Positions 8,882-16,640 are shown, counted from the first letter of the stretch. The stretch is 24,185 bases of DNA from Candidatus Shapirobacteria bacterium (GCA_020056515.1 JAGVHP010000034.1:1-24185); one strand, 5' to 3'. Program-made: numbers and translations. The notes: generated from the letters alone by a model not told the origin.

Positions 8882-9571
8882 ATGTACTCAAAAGATATTA
8901 GAGAAAAATCTAGAAAAATGCGGGTTGAAGGATTTAGCTTGGGAAATATTTCCAAAAAATTAGTAATTCCTAAAAGTACTCTTTCTTTGTGGTTGAAAGA
9001 TATTCCTAAGCCCAAGAATTTATATTATACGAATCAAAAAGAATGGTTGGTTAAAATACGGATTTTAGCGGCTGATGCTAATAAAAAGAAGCGACAAGAA
9101 GTGATTGAAAAGATATCTGACGAGGTAAGAAAAGATGTAGAAATATGGGATCTTTCATCTCCACAGATTCAAAAAGCGATATTGGCAACTTTGTATTGGG
9201 CAGAAGGAACCAAAGGCAGAGATGTGCTTCAGTTTGCAAACACTGATCCACGTCTAATACTGCTGTTTGTAACCATGCTACGGAATAATTTTGAACTAGA
9301 TCAATCGAAATTCAGGGTCAGATTACATTTACACTTTTACCATCGGGAAAAGGAAGTAAAAAAATTCTGGTCACAACTTCTTAATATTCCGGAAAGTCAG
9401 TTTAACAAAACCTACCGTAAACACAGAAGCAAAGAAAGAACATTTCGCAGAAATATTGGCGGAATATGTTTTATTAAGTATAATAGCGTGTATCTGCAAG
9501 AAAGATTGATGAGTTACGCCCACTTACTTGCGGAGAAATTGACAGGCAAAATTAAGGTTCCCGTAGTTTAA
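8882..9571 (+). CDS. HTH + LAGLIDADG-like protein
   Basis: N-terminal HTH (GFSLGNISKKLVIPKSTLSLWLKD), then LATLYWAEG, QFANTDPRLILLF, FWSQLLNIP and GICFIKY; the last 5 codons lie inside tRNA-Arg(GCG). Confidence 0.7.
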   Translation: MYSKDIREKSRKMRVEGFSLGNISKKLVIPKSTLSLWLKDIPKPKNLYYTNQKEWLVKIRILAADANKKKRQEVIEKISDEVRKDVEIWDLSSPQIQKAILATLYWAEGTKGRDVLQFANTDPRLILLFVTMLRNNFELDQSKFRVRLHLHFYHREKEVKKFWSQLLNIPESQFNKTYRKHRSKERTFRRNIGGICFIKYNSVYLQERLMSYAHLLAEKLTGKIKVPVV

Positions 9572-9628
9572 CGGATAGAACATTGCCCTGCGGAGGCAAG
9601 GATGTGAGTTCAATTCTCACCGGGAACA
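9557..9628 (+). tRNA. tRNA-Arg(GCG)
   Basis: Acceptor GTTCCCG/CGGGAAC, anticodon arm TTGCC-CT-GCG-GA-GGCAA, T arm GTGAG-TTCAATT-CTCAC. Confidence 0.95.
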
Positions 9629-9633
9629 CACTT

Positions 9634-9720
9634 GGAGGGTTGGCCGAGTGGTTTATGGCGCACGCCTCGAAAGCGTGTGGGTGAAAACCCGCAGAGGTTC
9701 AAATCCTCTACCCTCCGCCA
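9634..9720 (+). tRNA. tRNA-Ser(CGA)
   Basis: Acceptor GGAGGGT/ACCCTCC, anticodon arm CACGC-CT-CGA-AA-GCGTG, long variable arm, encoded GCCA. Confidence 0.96.
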
Positions 9721-9740
9721 AAAATCGTTATAATGACTTT

Positions 9741-10064
9741 ATGAAAAATATACTGGTTTTCCTTAAACCAAACAAGAAAAAAGTAGTGGTGGCATTTATT
9801 TTAGTTTTAATGGTTCTACTTTGGAAACTTTTTCTTTTCCTTTTTTCAATTGGACTTCCTGGATGTTTCTCGTGCCCTGATGGCACTGTTAGATATGGTG
9901 CTTGTGATGCCGCAAAAGAAAATTGGTGTGCTCACTGGATTGTCGTTTATTCAAGAGTGGTTGTTGACTATGTCTTACTTATTGGTATCCCATATCTTAT
10001 ATCCTGTTTTTTGGATGTAATGGTCGTATTTCTCAAACATGGGGGTGGCAAAAGTAAATTATAA
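9741..10064 (+). CDS. Small hypothetical membrane protein with a Cys-rich loop
   Basis: Start moved to ATG 9741 (TATAAT 6 nt upstream) because the track's GTG 9648 is inside tRNA-Ser. Two hydrophobic segments flank GCFSCPDG...GAC...WC. Confidence 0.65.
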   Translation: MKNILVFLKPNKKKVVVAFILVLMVLLWKLFLFLFSIGLPGCFSCPDGTVRYGACDAAKENWCAHWIVVYSRVVVDYVLLIGIPYLISCFLDVMVVFLKHGGGKSKL

Positions 10065-10072
10065 ATAAAAAG

Positions 10073-10558
10073 ATGGCTAAACAAAACATAAAGCCAACCG
10101 GGTGCTGCCAACCGTTTGATCCAAAACCCTGGCAGGAAAAAGAAATTACCTGGAAAAATAAAAGATTTTTAAAAGATCATGTGACCAGTTTTTTGCATAT
10201 ACCTCTTAATATGGGAAAAATTGTGACCAAGAACATGGCGTTGATTGAGAAAGCAAAGGCACAGGCACCAATACAGTTGATGCTAACTGATGAAAAATCT
10301 TTATGGGGGGCGGATATTTATATCGATGTGGCCAGAGACGTTGCCTGTGCCCAAATGACAACGCTGTCAGGAAAATATCTTTCGAAAGTATTTGAAGGGC
10401 CATATCAAAAAGCGGGTCAATGGGCGCAGGAGATGAAAGAATATGTGAAAAATAAAGATAAGAAACTAAAAAAGCTATATTTTTCCTATACCACCTGTCC
10501 AAAATGCGCCAAGGTGTACGGCAAAAATTATGTGGTACTTTTTGCTCAAATAGATTGA
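10073..10558 (+). CDS. Conserved hypothetical protein, probable GyrI-like fold, with N-terminal CC and C-terminal CPKC motifs
   Basis: GCCQPFDP, SKVFEGPY and YTTCPKCAKVYGKNYVVLFAQ; family recognised from memory, function unknown. Confidence 0.6.
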   Translation: MAKQNIKPTGCCQPFDPKPWQEKEITWKNKRFLKDHVTSFLHIPLNMGKIVTKNMALIEKAKAQAPIQLMLTDEKSLWGADIYIDVARDVACAQMTTLSGKYLSKVFEGPYQKAGQWAQEMKEYVKNKDKKLKKLYFSYTTCPKCAKVYGKNYVVLFAQID

Positions 10559-10559
10559 G

Positions 10560-11216
10560 ATGAAAATTCTTATTATTTCGGACTTACATTTGACCACCAG
10601 ATTTGATGAGAAGAAGTGTGAATTTTTGGAAAAATTAATTAACAGGGCTGATAAGGTAATAATTAACGGTGATTTTTGGAGTTATTACTCATGCACTTTT
10701 GACGAGTTTGTAAAATCGAAGTGGAATAGACTGTTTCCACTGCTTCGGGAAAAACAGGCGGTGTATATATATGGTAACCATGATTATAGAAAATGGACGG
10801 ACAAAAGAGTGCACCTATTTTCAGTCAGACAGGCGGAAAAATATGAGTATAGATATGGAAAAAACAATATAGTGATTGAGCATGGACATCAACCATTACG
10901 CGGAGGGAACCTGGAGAATGAGAGAATTTTGCGTTTCTTTAGACTGATTCGTTTCGATGACCTGATTAGATATCCACTGCAAAGTTTATTACCAAAGGTT
11001 GGTGTTTTTAAGTTAATTTGGGGATTTTCTTTCCGACATCGCCGGGTGCAAAAAAAGATAAATAAAGGGGAGGTATACATAATTTACGGCCATACCCACG
11101 TGGCTAAATTTTCACCGGAGAAAAACTACATTAACAGCGGCTTTATCAACTATGGAGTAGCCAGCTATGTCTGGATCAAAAACGGAGTGCCGAGACTGGT
11201 GACAACCCGGTATTAG
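10560..11216 (+). CDS. Calcineurin-like metallophosphoesterase
   Basis: All five motifs present: SDLH, GDFW, GNHD, HGH and GHTH. Confidence 0.92.
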   Translation: MKILIISDLHLTTRFDEKKCEFLEKLINRADKVIINGDFWSYYSCTFDEFVKSKWNRLFPLLREKQAVYIYGNHDYRKWTDKRVHLFSVRQAEKYEYRYGKNNIVIEHGHQPLRGGNLENERILRFFRLIRFDDLIRYPLQSLLPKVGVFKLIWGFSFRHRRVQKKINKGEVYIIYGHTHVAKFSPEKNYINSGFINYGVASYVWIKNGVPRLVTTRY

Positions 11217-11632
11217 AGTTGACCTAAAAACTTGGGATCAAGCTCGATGGATGAGGCGGTAACACTACCATCGGTATTGACAGCCCCAAAAACAGCGATT
11301 TTACCACCGACTTTTAGATCACTTTTGGTGGCAGCAGCGGTTTTATTAACCATCATGGAATCGGATAATAAGATAATTTTAGAACTACCATCGGCCATTT
11401 TAATAGTAAGAGATTTGTCATCCAGAGAGGTAATGTCGCCGGCGATCTGATTTCGACCCATGCCGGGACGAAGAGCACCGCCCTGACCCATTTTTGAGCC
11501 GACAAAATTATTAAAACGGGATCCAAGGACAGTTTTGTTTCTAAGCTGGCCAACTTTGTATCCAATTCCAAAGGAGCCGCCAATGGTTAACAGAGAAACG
11601 AGAACGATAAGAAGAATATTGGTTGTTTTCAT
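11213..11632 (-). CDS. Membrane-anchored exported protein (DUF5666-like OB-type domain) associated with the efflux operon
   Basis: N-terminal TM helix, Gly-rich linker, GDITSLDDKSLTIK...DLKVGGKIAVFG. Confidence 0.65.
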   Translation of the reverse strand: MKTTNILLIVLVSLLTIGGSFGIGYKVGQLRNKTVLGSRFNNFVGSKMGQGGALRPGMGRNQIAGDITSLDDKSLTIKMADGSSKIILLSDSMMVNKTAAATKSDLKVGGKIAVFGAVNTDGSVTASSIELDPKFLGQL

Positions 11633-11696
11633 TTGTTTATCTTTAAAAATTAATTAATATAGTATCCAACCTGATCCTGAAAGGCGGCTGAAGAAT

Positions 11697-12920
11697 TTAC
11701 TCCCAACGCAGGGCTTCGATGGGTTGAAGGCGGGCAGCGCGCTGGGCCGGATACCAGCCAAAAATTATGCCGATTAATCCGGAGACTCCCATGGCCAAGA
11801 TAATGGAGACGAGAGAGAGGGCGGAGGGGAAACTAAGAATTTTTGACAATAAGAGTGAAATCCCGATGCCAAAGAGCATGCCAATGATGCCACCGACAAA
11901 GGTGAGGATGACAGATTCAACTAAAAATTGGGTGATAATTGTAAATTTTTTGGCTCCAAGGGCTTTACGAAGCCCTATTTCTCTGGTCCGTTCGGTAACG
12001 GTAACTAACATAATATTCATAATGCCAATACCACCAACGAGGAGGGAAATAGCAGTAATACCGCCCAAGAGGGTGGTAAAGGTGCCGATAACTTGAGAAA
12101 CGGTATTTAAAATGTCACTCTGAGACATGATAGTAAAGTCGGCCTTGGCGGGATCAGTGATTTTATGACGCCCTAAAAGAAAATAACCAATTTCATTTTG
12201 GGCGTCGGTCATAACATCGGGCGATTTGGCTTCAACAGCGATCGAGGAGACATAATCAACCCCGGCTAATTGCTTTTGCATAGTAGAAAGAGGAATGTAG
12301 ATGGTGTCATCGGGGTTATTAAAACCGCTGCCACCCTTAGCTTTAGTAACACCAATAATCCGGAAAGATTGTTTGTTGATTTTGATAGTCTGGCCAATGA
12401 CGGCAGCACCTTCGCCAAAAAGATTAGTGACGGTGGTGGGCCCCAGAACGGCCACCCGCCCCAAAGAGTCAACATCACGGAGGGTGATAAAAGAACCACT
12501 GTCAATAGTAATTTTGTGAATGGTGGCATACTCCGGATAAACTCCGGTTATTTGAGTATTGGAATTGTTCCCTCCGGCGATGACCTGAAAACGTCGGCTG
12601 AACTCCGGAGAAACACTATTGATGGTGGTAATAGTGGTGGAGTTTTTTATACTCATGGCGTCGGCTAGAGTCAGAGTAGTGTTGCTGCCCGGAGCTTCAC
12701 GAACACCGGCACTACGAACGGCACCGGGATTAATGGTTAAGAGATTGGCTCCCAAAGATTGAATTTGGGTTTCAATAGCAAATTGGCTCCCCTGGCCAAT
12801 GGAAATCAGGGCAATGACTGAGCCGATACCAATAATAATACCTAGGGCAGCTAAACCGGTTCGCATTTTATTGAGGCGAAGAGTAATAAAACTTTCCTTA
12901 ACAATTTCTAATAATTTCAT
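11697..12920 (-). CDS. MacB/FtsX-family ABC transporter permease
   Basis: LGIIIGIGSVI, LLVGGIGIMNIMLVTVTERTREIGLRKALGA and PIEALR motifs. Confidence 0.95.
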   Translation of the reverse strand: MKLLEIVKESFITLRLNKMRTGLAALGIIIGIGSVIALISIGQGSQFAIETQIQSLGANLLTINPGAVRSAGVREAPGSNTTLTLADAMSIKNSTTITTINSVSPEFSRRFQVIAGGNNSNTQITGVYPEYATIHKITIDSGSFITLRDVDSLGRVAVLGPTTVTNLFGEGAAVIGQTIKINKQSFRIIGVTKAKGGSGFNNPDDTIYIPLSTMQKQLAGVDYVSSIAVEAKSPDVMTDAQNEIGYFLLGRHKITDPAKADFTIMSQSDILNTVSQVIGTFTTLLGGITAISLLVGGIGIMNIMLVTVTERTREIGLRKALGAKKFTIITQFLVESVILTFVGGIIGMLFGIGISLLLSKILSFPSALSLVSIILAMGVSGLIGIIFGWYPAQRAARLQPIEALRWE

Positions 12921-13591
12921 AGTTTTTTATCTTCAGTAATTAAACCGTCGCGAATAACAATAACTCTTTTGGCATGGCGGGCAATATCTTCCTCGTGAGT
13001 GATCATGATGATAGTCCGGCCCTGGCGATGGAGTTTAGAAAAAATCTCCATAATTTCCTTGGCTTGGGTGGTGGCAATATTACCGGTGGGTTCGTCAGCC
13101 AGAATGATTTTGGGATCCATGGACAGAGCCCGGGCAATAGCTACGCGTTGCTGTTGACCACCGGAAAGTTGATTGCTTAAATGCTCTGTCCGGTCAGATA
13201 ATCCGACTTCATCCAAAAGTTGTAAAGCTTTGGCTCTTCTTTCTCCTTCACTAATTCCGGCATAAGCCATAGGGAGCATGACGTTTTTGAGAGCAGTGGT
13301 ACGGGGTAAAAGATTAAAGGATTGAAAAACAAAGCCGATTTTTTGATTTCGGATATCAGCCAGTTGGTCGTCATCTAATTTGGAAATATCCTCATTGTCA
13401 AGAAAATATTGACCGGAAGTGGGAGTATCAAGAGCGCCTAAGATATGCATTAGGGTGGATTTGCCGGAACCTGACGGACCCATAATGGCCACAAACTCAC
13501 CTGAAGAAACTTCAAAGGAAACATCTTTAAGGGCGACGGTTTTAACCCCATCTTGGGCATAAGTTTTACCAATATGGCGCATTTTTATCAT
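12917..13591 (-). CDS. ABC transporter ATP-binding protein (MacB/LolD-type)
   Basis: GPSGSGKST, LSGGQQQRVAIARA, ILADEPTG and ITHE. Start set at ATG 13591 (MIKMRHIGKTY), just after the adaptor stop at 13596. Confidence 0.95.
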   Translation of the reverse strand: MIKMRHIGKTYAQDGVKTVALKDVSFEVSSGEFVAIMGPSGSGKSTLMHILGALDTPTSGQYFLDNEDISKLDDDQLADIRNQKIGFVFQSFNLLPRTTALKNVMLPMAYAGISEGERRAKALQLLDEVGLSDRTEHLSNQLSGGQQQRVAIARALSMDPKIILADEPTGNIATTQAKEIMEIFSKLHRQGRTIIMITHEEDIARHAKRVIVIRDGLITEDKKL

Positions 13592-13595
13592 GTGA

Positions 13596-14576
13596 TTAGC
13601 GACCGACAAATCTGGTACCACCACCCATACCGCCAAAAATAGATTGGGTAGAGTTAGTGGTGGTTTTAGTGGCGGCCGTAGAAACGGCGGTGACAACCTC
13701 ATCACCTGCGGCGATGCCGGTAACAATTTCGGTTTGAGTGTCATTGTTGATACCGGTTTCAACAGTAACAGTTTCGATTTGTTTATTTTTTAAAATCCGG
13801 ACAGAGGTAGTACCATCAGTGGCCGATTGGACAGCGGCGTTCGGAACCATGACAACAGAATCCTTAAAATAGGTTAAAATATTGGCGGTGGCCGACATAT
13901 TAGGCAGAAGGCCGTCAACAGCGGAGTCGAGCTGAATAGTAACAGGATAATTGACTACTCCGGAACTGACAGTACCGGTAATGGGGGCATAAACAATCGG
14001 ACCGGCGGCCTGATAGGATAATCTTGAGGACTCTAATGAAGTTTGGGATTGCTTGATTTGATTTTGTAAATTATCGTAGGCCTCTTGAGCAGTTAAAAGA
14101 GTGTTGTGTTTTTGAATATAGGTGGGATCATCGGGCGATTGCATTGACCACTGATTAACATAAACATTTTTAGCGGATACTAAATCTGACTCTAAACTGT
14201 AAAATTTGTCCTGAGCAGTTTTTAAACTATTTTTAGCACTTTGATAACTGGCATAGGCCGACTGATATTTTTGAAGACCGTTTAAATCAAGATCAATCTG
14301 TAAAAGCGGAGTGCCGGTATTTACTTTTTGACCTTTCTTAACATAAATTTTTTTAACGACGCCGGAGGCAGTGGTGGTGACGGTACGACTATTGTTGCTG
14401 CTCACCGAACCGGAGGCGGAAAGAGAAACAACCAAGGTGCCTTTTTCGGCAATAGCGGTGGTGTATTGGGGAACAGAGGCTTTATTTTTTTTAATAACAC
14501 TAAATCCGATGATACATAGAATAATTACTCCCAAAACTACGGCAATAATCTTTTTCTTTTTCCAAATTTTGTCCAT
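13596..14576 (-). CDS. Efflux periplasmic adaptor (MacA/HlyD-family), probably with an in-frame internal deletion
   Basis: TM anchor, ASGVVKKIYVKKGQKV lipoyl half, coiled-coil hairpin, LLPNMSATANI and VVMVPNAAV; the second lipoyl half and most of the beta-barrel appear absent. Confidence 0.85.
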   Translation of the reverse strand: MDKIWKKKKIIAVVLGVIILCIIGFSVIKKNKASVPQYTTAIAEKGTLVVSLSASGSVSSNNSRTVTTTASGVVKKIYVKKGQKVNTGTPLLQIDLDLNGLQKYQSAYASYQSAKNSLKTAQDKFYSLESDLVSAKNVYVNQWSMQSPDDPTYIQKHNTLLTAQEAYDNLQNQIKQSQTSLESSRLSYQAAGPIVYAPITGTVSSGVVNYPVTIQLDSAVDGLLPNMSATANILTYFKDSVVMVPNAAVQSATDGTTSVRILKNKQIETVTVETGINNDTQTEIVTGIAAGDEVVTAVSTAATKTTTNSTQSIFGGMGGGTRFVGR

Positions 14577-14598
14577 GGGGGAATATTATATACCAATT

Positions 14599-14615
14599 CT
14601 GATGATTAGCTGAAA
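14599..14615 (-). promoter_or_regulatory. Candidate response-regulator box TTTCAGCTAATCATCAG upstream of the efflux operon
   Basis: TCAG repeated at 11-bp period, 8 nt upstream of TATAAT (14585-14590); 15/17 identical to the box at 16319-16335. Confidence 0.65.
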
Positions 14616-15583
14616 AGAGGCAGGGTGACTTTAAACTCACTACCCTGCCCTAATTTACTTTTGACTTCGATTTTACCTTTATGTTCTTCAATAATTTTTT
14701 GGGCGATAGAAAGTCCGAGACCAAAGCCGTCTTCGTTGTTTTTACTCCGGGTGATGTCGGCCCGATAAAATCTTTCAAAAATATGGGGAAGGTCTGAAGA
14801 AGAGATACCGGCACCACGATCAGAGACTTTAATAAGAGCGGTATTCTTGATAGTTTGGGCACTGATATTTATCCGGGAACCGGAGGGACTATATTTGAGA
14901 GCGTTATCGAGAAGAATTAAGAGAGCTTCGGCCAGTTTTTCCCGGTTGCCAAATACTTTGGTACCATTGGTGCGGGGAATAATGGAAATTTTTTTGGTTT
15001 GGGCGCGGAGAGTAATTTGTTTGAGGCAATCAGCGACAAGATCTTTGACAAAAAGCTTTTCTTTGGCAAGTTTTTTGGCGGCACCATCAAGGCGGGCCAG
15101 TTCAAGTAAAGAGTTGGAAAGGAGGGTTAATTTATCCGCTTCTTCTAAACTGTCCCTAATAACTGATTTGGCCTCTTTTAGGGTTATTCTTTTGTCACGA
15201 AGACTGACTTCCAACATGGACTTAAGGGCAGTTAAGGGGGTACGTAATTCGTGGGAAGCGTCACCGACAAAGCGTTTTTGTTCCTCGACAATTTTTTGAA
15301 TAGGGGAAAGGGTTTTGCCGGCTAAAAAATAGCCAAGAGAACCGGCGATTAGAAGAATTAAGCCGTTAATTTCTAACAGAGAAAGCAAAACCCGGTGTCT
15401 GGCTTCGATTACTAAGTCTTCATTAAAGAGAAAATTTTCTTCAACACGGAAACGGGGAGCCCGGGCAAAGCGGTTGATTTCCCGGGAAATCATTTGAAAA
15501 ATCAGACCGGAAAAAGACAGGGAGATAAACATAATAATTAATAGATACCAGGCGGTAAGTTTGAGACGGGCGGCTTTAAACAT
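14606..15583 (-). CDS. Sensor histidine kinase (HisKA + HATPase_c)
   Basis: Two TM helices, H-box DASHELRTP, N-box LLDNALKY, DRGAGI, F-box FERFYR and GFGLGLSI. Confidence 0.96.
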   Translation of the reverse strand: MFKAARLKLTAWYLLIIMFISLSFSGLIFQMISREINRFARAPRFRVEENFLFNEDLVIEARHRVLLSLLEINGLILLIAGSLGYFLAGKTLSPIQKIVEEQKRFVGDASHELRTPLTALKSMLEVSLRDKRITLKEAKSVIRDSLEEADKLTLLSNSLLELARLDGAAKKLAKEKLFVKDLVADCLKQITLRAQTKKISIIPRTNGTKVFGNREKLAEALLILLDNALKYSPSGSRINISAQTIKNTALIKVSDRGAGISSSDLPHIFERFYRADITRSKNNEDGFGLGLSIAQKIIEEHKGKIEVKSKLGQGSEFKVTLPLFS

Positions 15584-15622
15584 GAATTAGATAAGAAGAT
15601 AAATAGATAAATAGTAAAAAAA

Positions 15623-16297
15623 TCATAGTGATTTGCTAATCTTGTAGCCAAAACCCCGAACCGTGTGAATGAGGGGAAACTTAAAAGGATCATCAATTTT
15701 GCGGCGGAGATTTTTGATATAGACTTCGACAGTATTAGGAAGAACATCAGCTTCGTAATCCCAGACATGGTTGCTAATTTGATCTTTGGTTAAAATTTGA
15801 TTGGGGTGGCGAAGAAGCATCTCCAGTAGAGAAAATTCCTTATTGGTTAGTTTTATTTCCTGACCAGCACGTTTGACGACAAAGGTCTGGAGATTGAGGC
15901 TAAGATCCCCTAAAGACAGGACAGTATCATTAATAGTATGGGGGCGGCGGGTGAGGGCGCGGATGCGGGCCAAAAGCTCTTCAAAAGCAAAGGGTTTAGT
16001 GAGGTAGTCATCAGCCCCCTTGTTTAAACCTTCAACTTTATTATCGAGGCGATCTCTGGCAGTAAGAATCAAAATGGGGGTGTGATTTTTATTCTGACGG
16101 AGGCGGGAACAGAGATCGAGGCCATTGAGACCCGGAAGCATCAGATCTAAAACGATTAAATCGTAATTATTATCGACGGCCAAATCATAACCTCCGATGC
16201 CGTCAAAGGCCAGATCAACAACCATTCTTTCCTGCCCTAAACCTTTTTTAATGGATTGGGCAATGTGGTGATCGTCTTCGACAACCAGAATCTTCAT
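15623..16297 (-). CDS. OmpR/PhoB-family response regulator
   Basis: VVEDD, phosphoacceptor VLDLMLP, ILTA, YLTKPF and C-terminal wHTH ending HTVRGFGY. Confidence 0.97.
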   Translation of the reverse strand: MKILVVEDDHHIAQSIKKGLGQERMVVDLAFDGIGGYDLAVDNNYDLIVLDLMLPGLNGLDLCSRLRQNKNHTPILILTARDRLDNKVEGLNKGADDYLTKPFAFEELLARIRALTRRPHTINDTVLSLGDLSLNLQTFVVKRAGQEIKLTNKEFSLLEMLLRHPNQILTKDQISNHVWDYEADVLPNTVEVYIKNLRRKIDDPFKFPLIHTVRGFGYKISKSL

Positions 16298-16318
16298 GCT
16301 TTAATTATAAAACGAAAG

Positions 16319-16335
16319 CTGAAGTTTAGCTGAAA
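16319..16335 (-). promoter_or_regulatory. Candidate response-regulator box TTTCAGCTAAACTTCAG upstream of the response regulator
   Basis: TCAG repeated at 11-bp period, 9 nt upstream of TATAAT (16304-16309). Confidence 0.65.
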
Positions 16336-16350
16336 TGGTATCCTTAAAAA

Positions 16351-16638
16351 GTGAGAAGGGTAATAATTCTGATGCTGTTTTTGACAAACTTTTTAGGGGA
16401 AGTGGGACAGGTTTGGGCAAAGTCGTATCAAATAAGTGAGGTAAATATTGAGGCAGTAGCGGAAAAAAACGGGGCGATGCAGGTGAGTGAAAAACGGACT
16501 TATAGATTTGATGGTAGCTACACCTTTGCCTACCGGGAAATATTAAAAACAGCCAGCGGGACAGGGAGTAGTGGTGGGTTTTCGGGAGGAGGAGGTGGCG
16601 GCGGCGGAGGCGGCGGAGGCGGAGGCGGGGCGGGGTAA
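16351..16638 (+). pseudogene. DUF2207-family gene remnant: N-terminus fused in frame to the poly-Gly C-terminal tail
   Basis: Signal peptide + KSYQISEVNIEA...MQVSEKRTYRFDG (DUF2207 N-terminus) followed immediately by SSGGFSGGGG...GAG; only 95 aa. Confidence 0.75.
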
Positions 16639-16640
16639 AA

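Noticed and set aside
5553-9720. Prophage/ICE attachment sites or group I introns at the tRNAs
   Set aside because: All five tRNAs are uninterrupted; I found no duplicated tRNA ends and no integrase in the window
9648-9740. N-terminal extension of ORF 9648..10064
   Set aside because: It is a translation of tRNA-Ser(CGA); ATG 9741 has its own -10
13592-13762. 57-aa N-terminal extension of the ABC ATPase
   Set aside because: It is an alternative frame of the adaptor's 3' end; the ATPase domain begins at 13591
16571-16635. GGN-rich tandem repeat as microsatellite or G-quadruplex element
   Set aside because: Fully explained as codons of the DUF2207 poly-Gly tail
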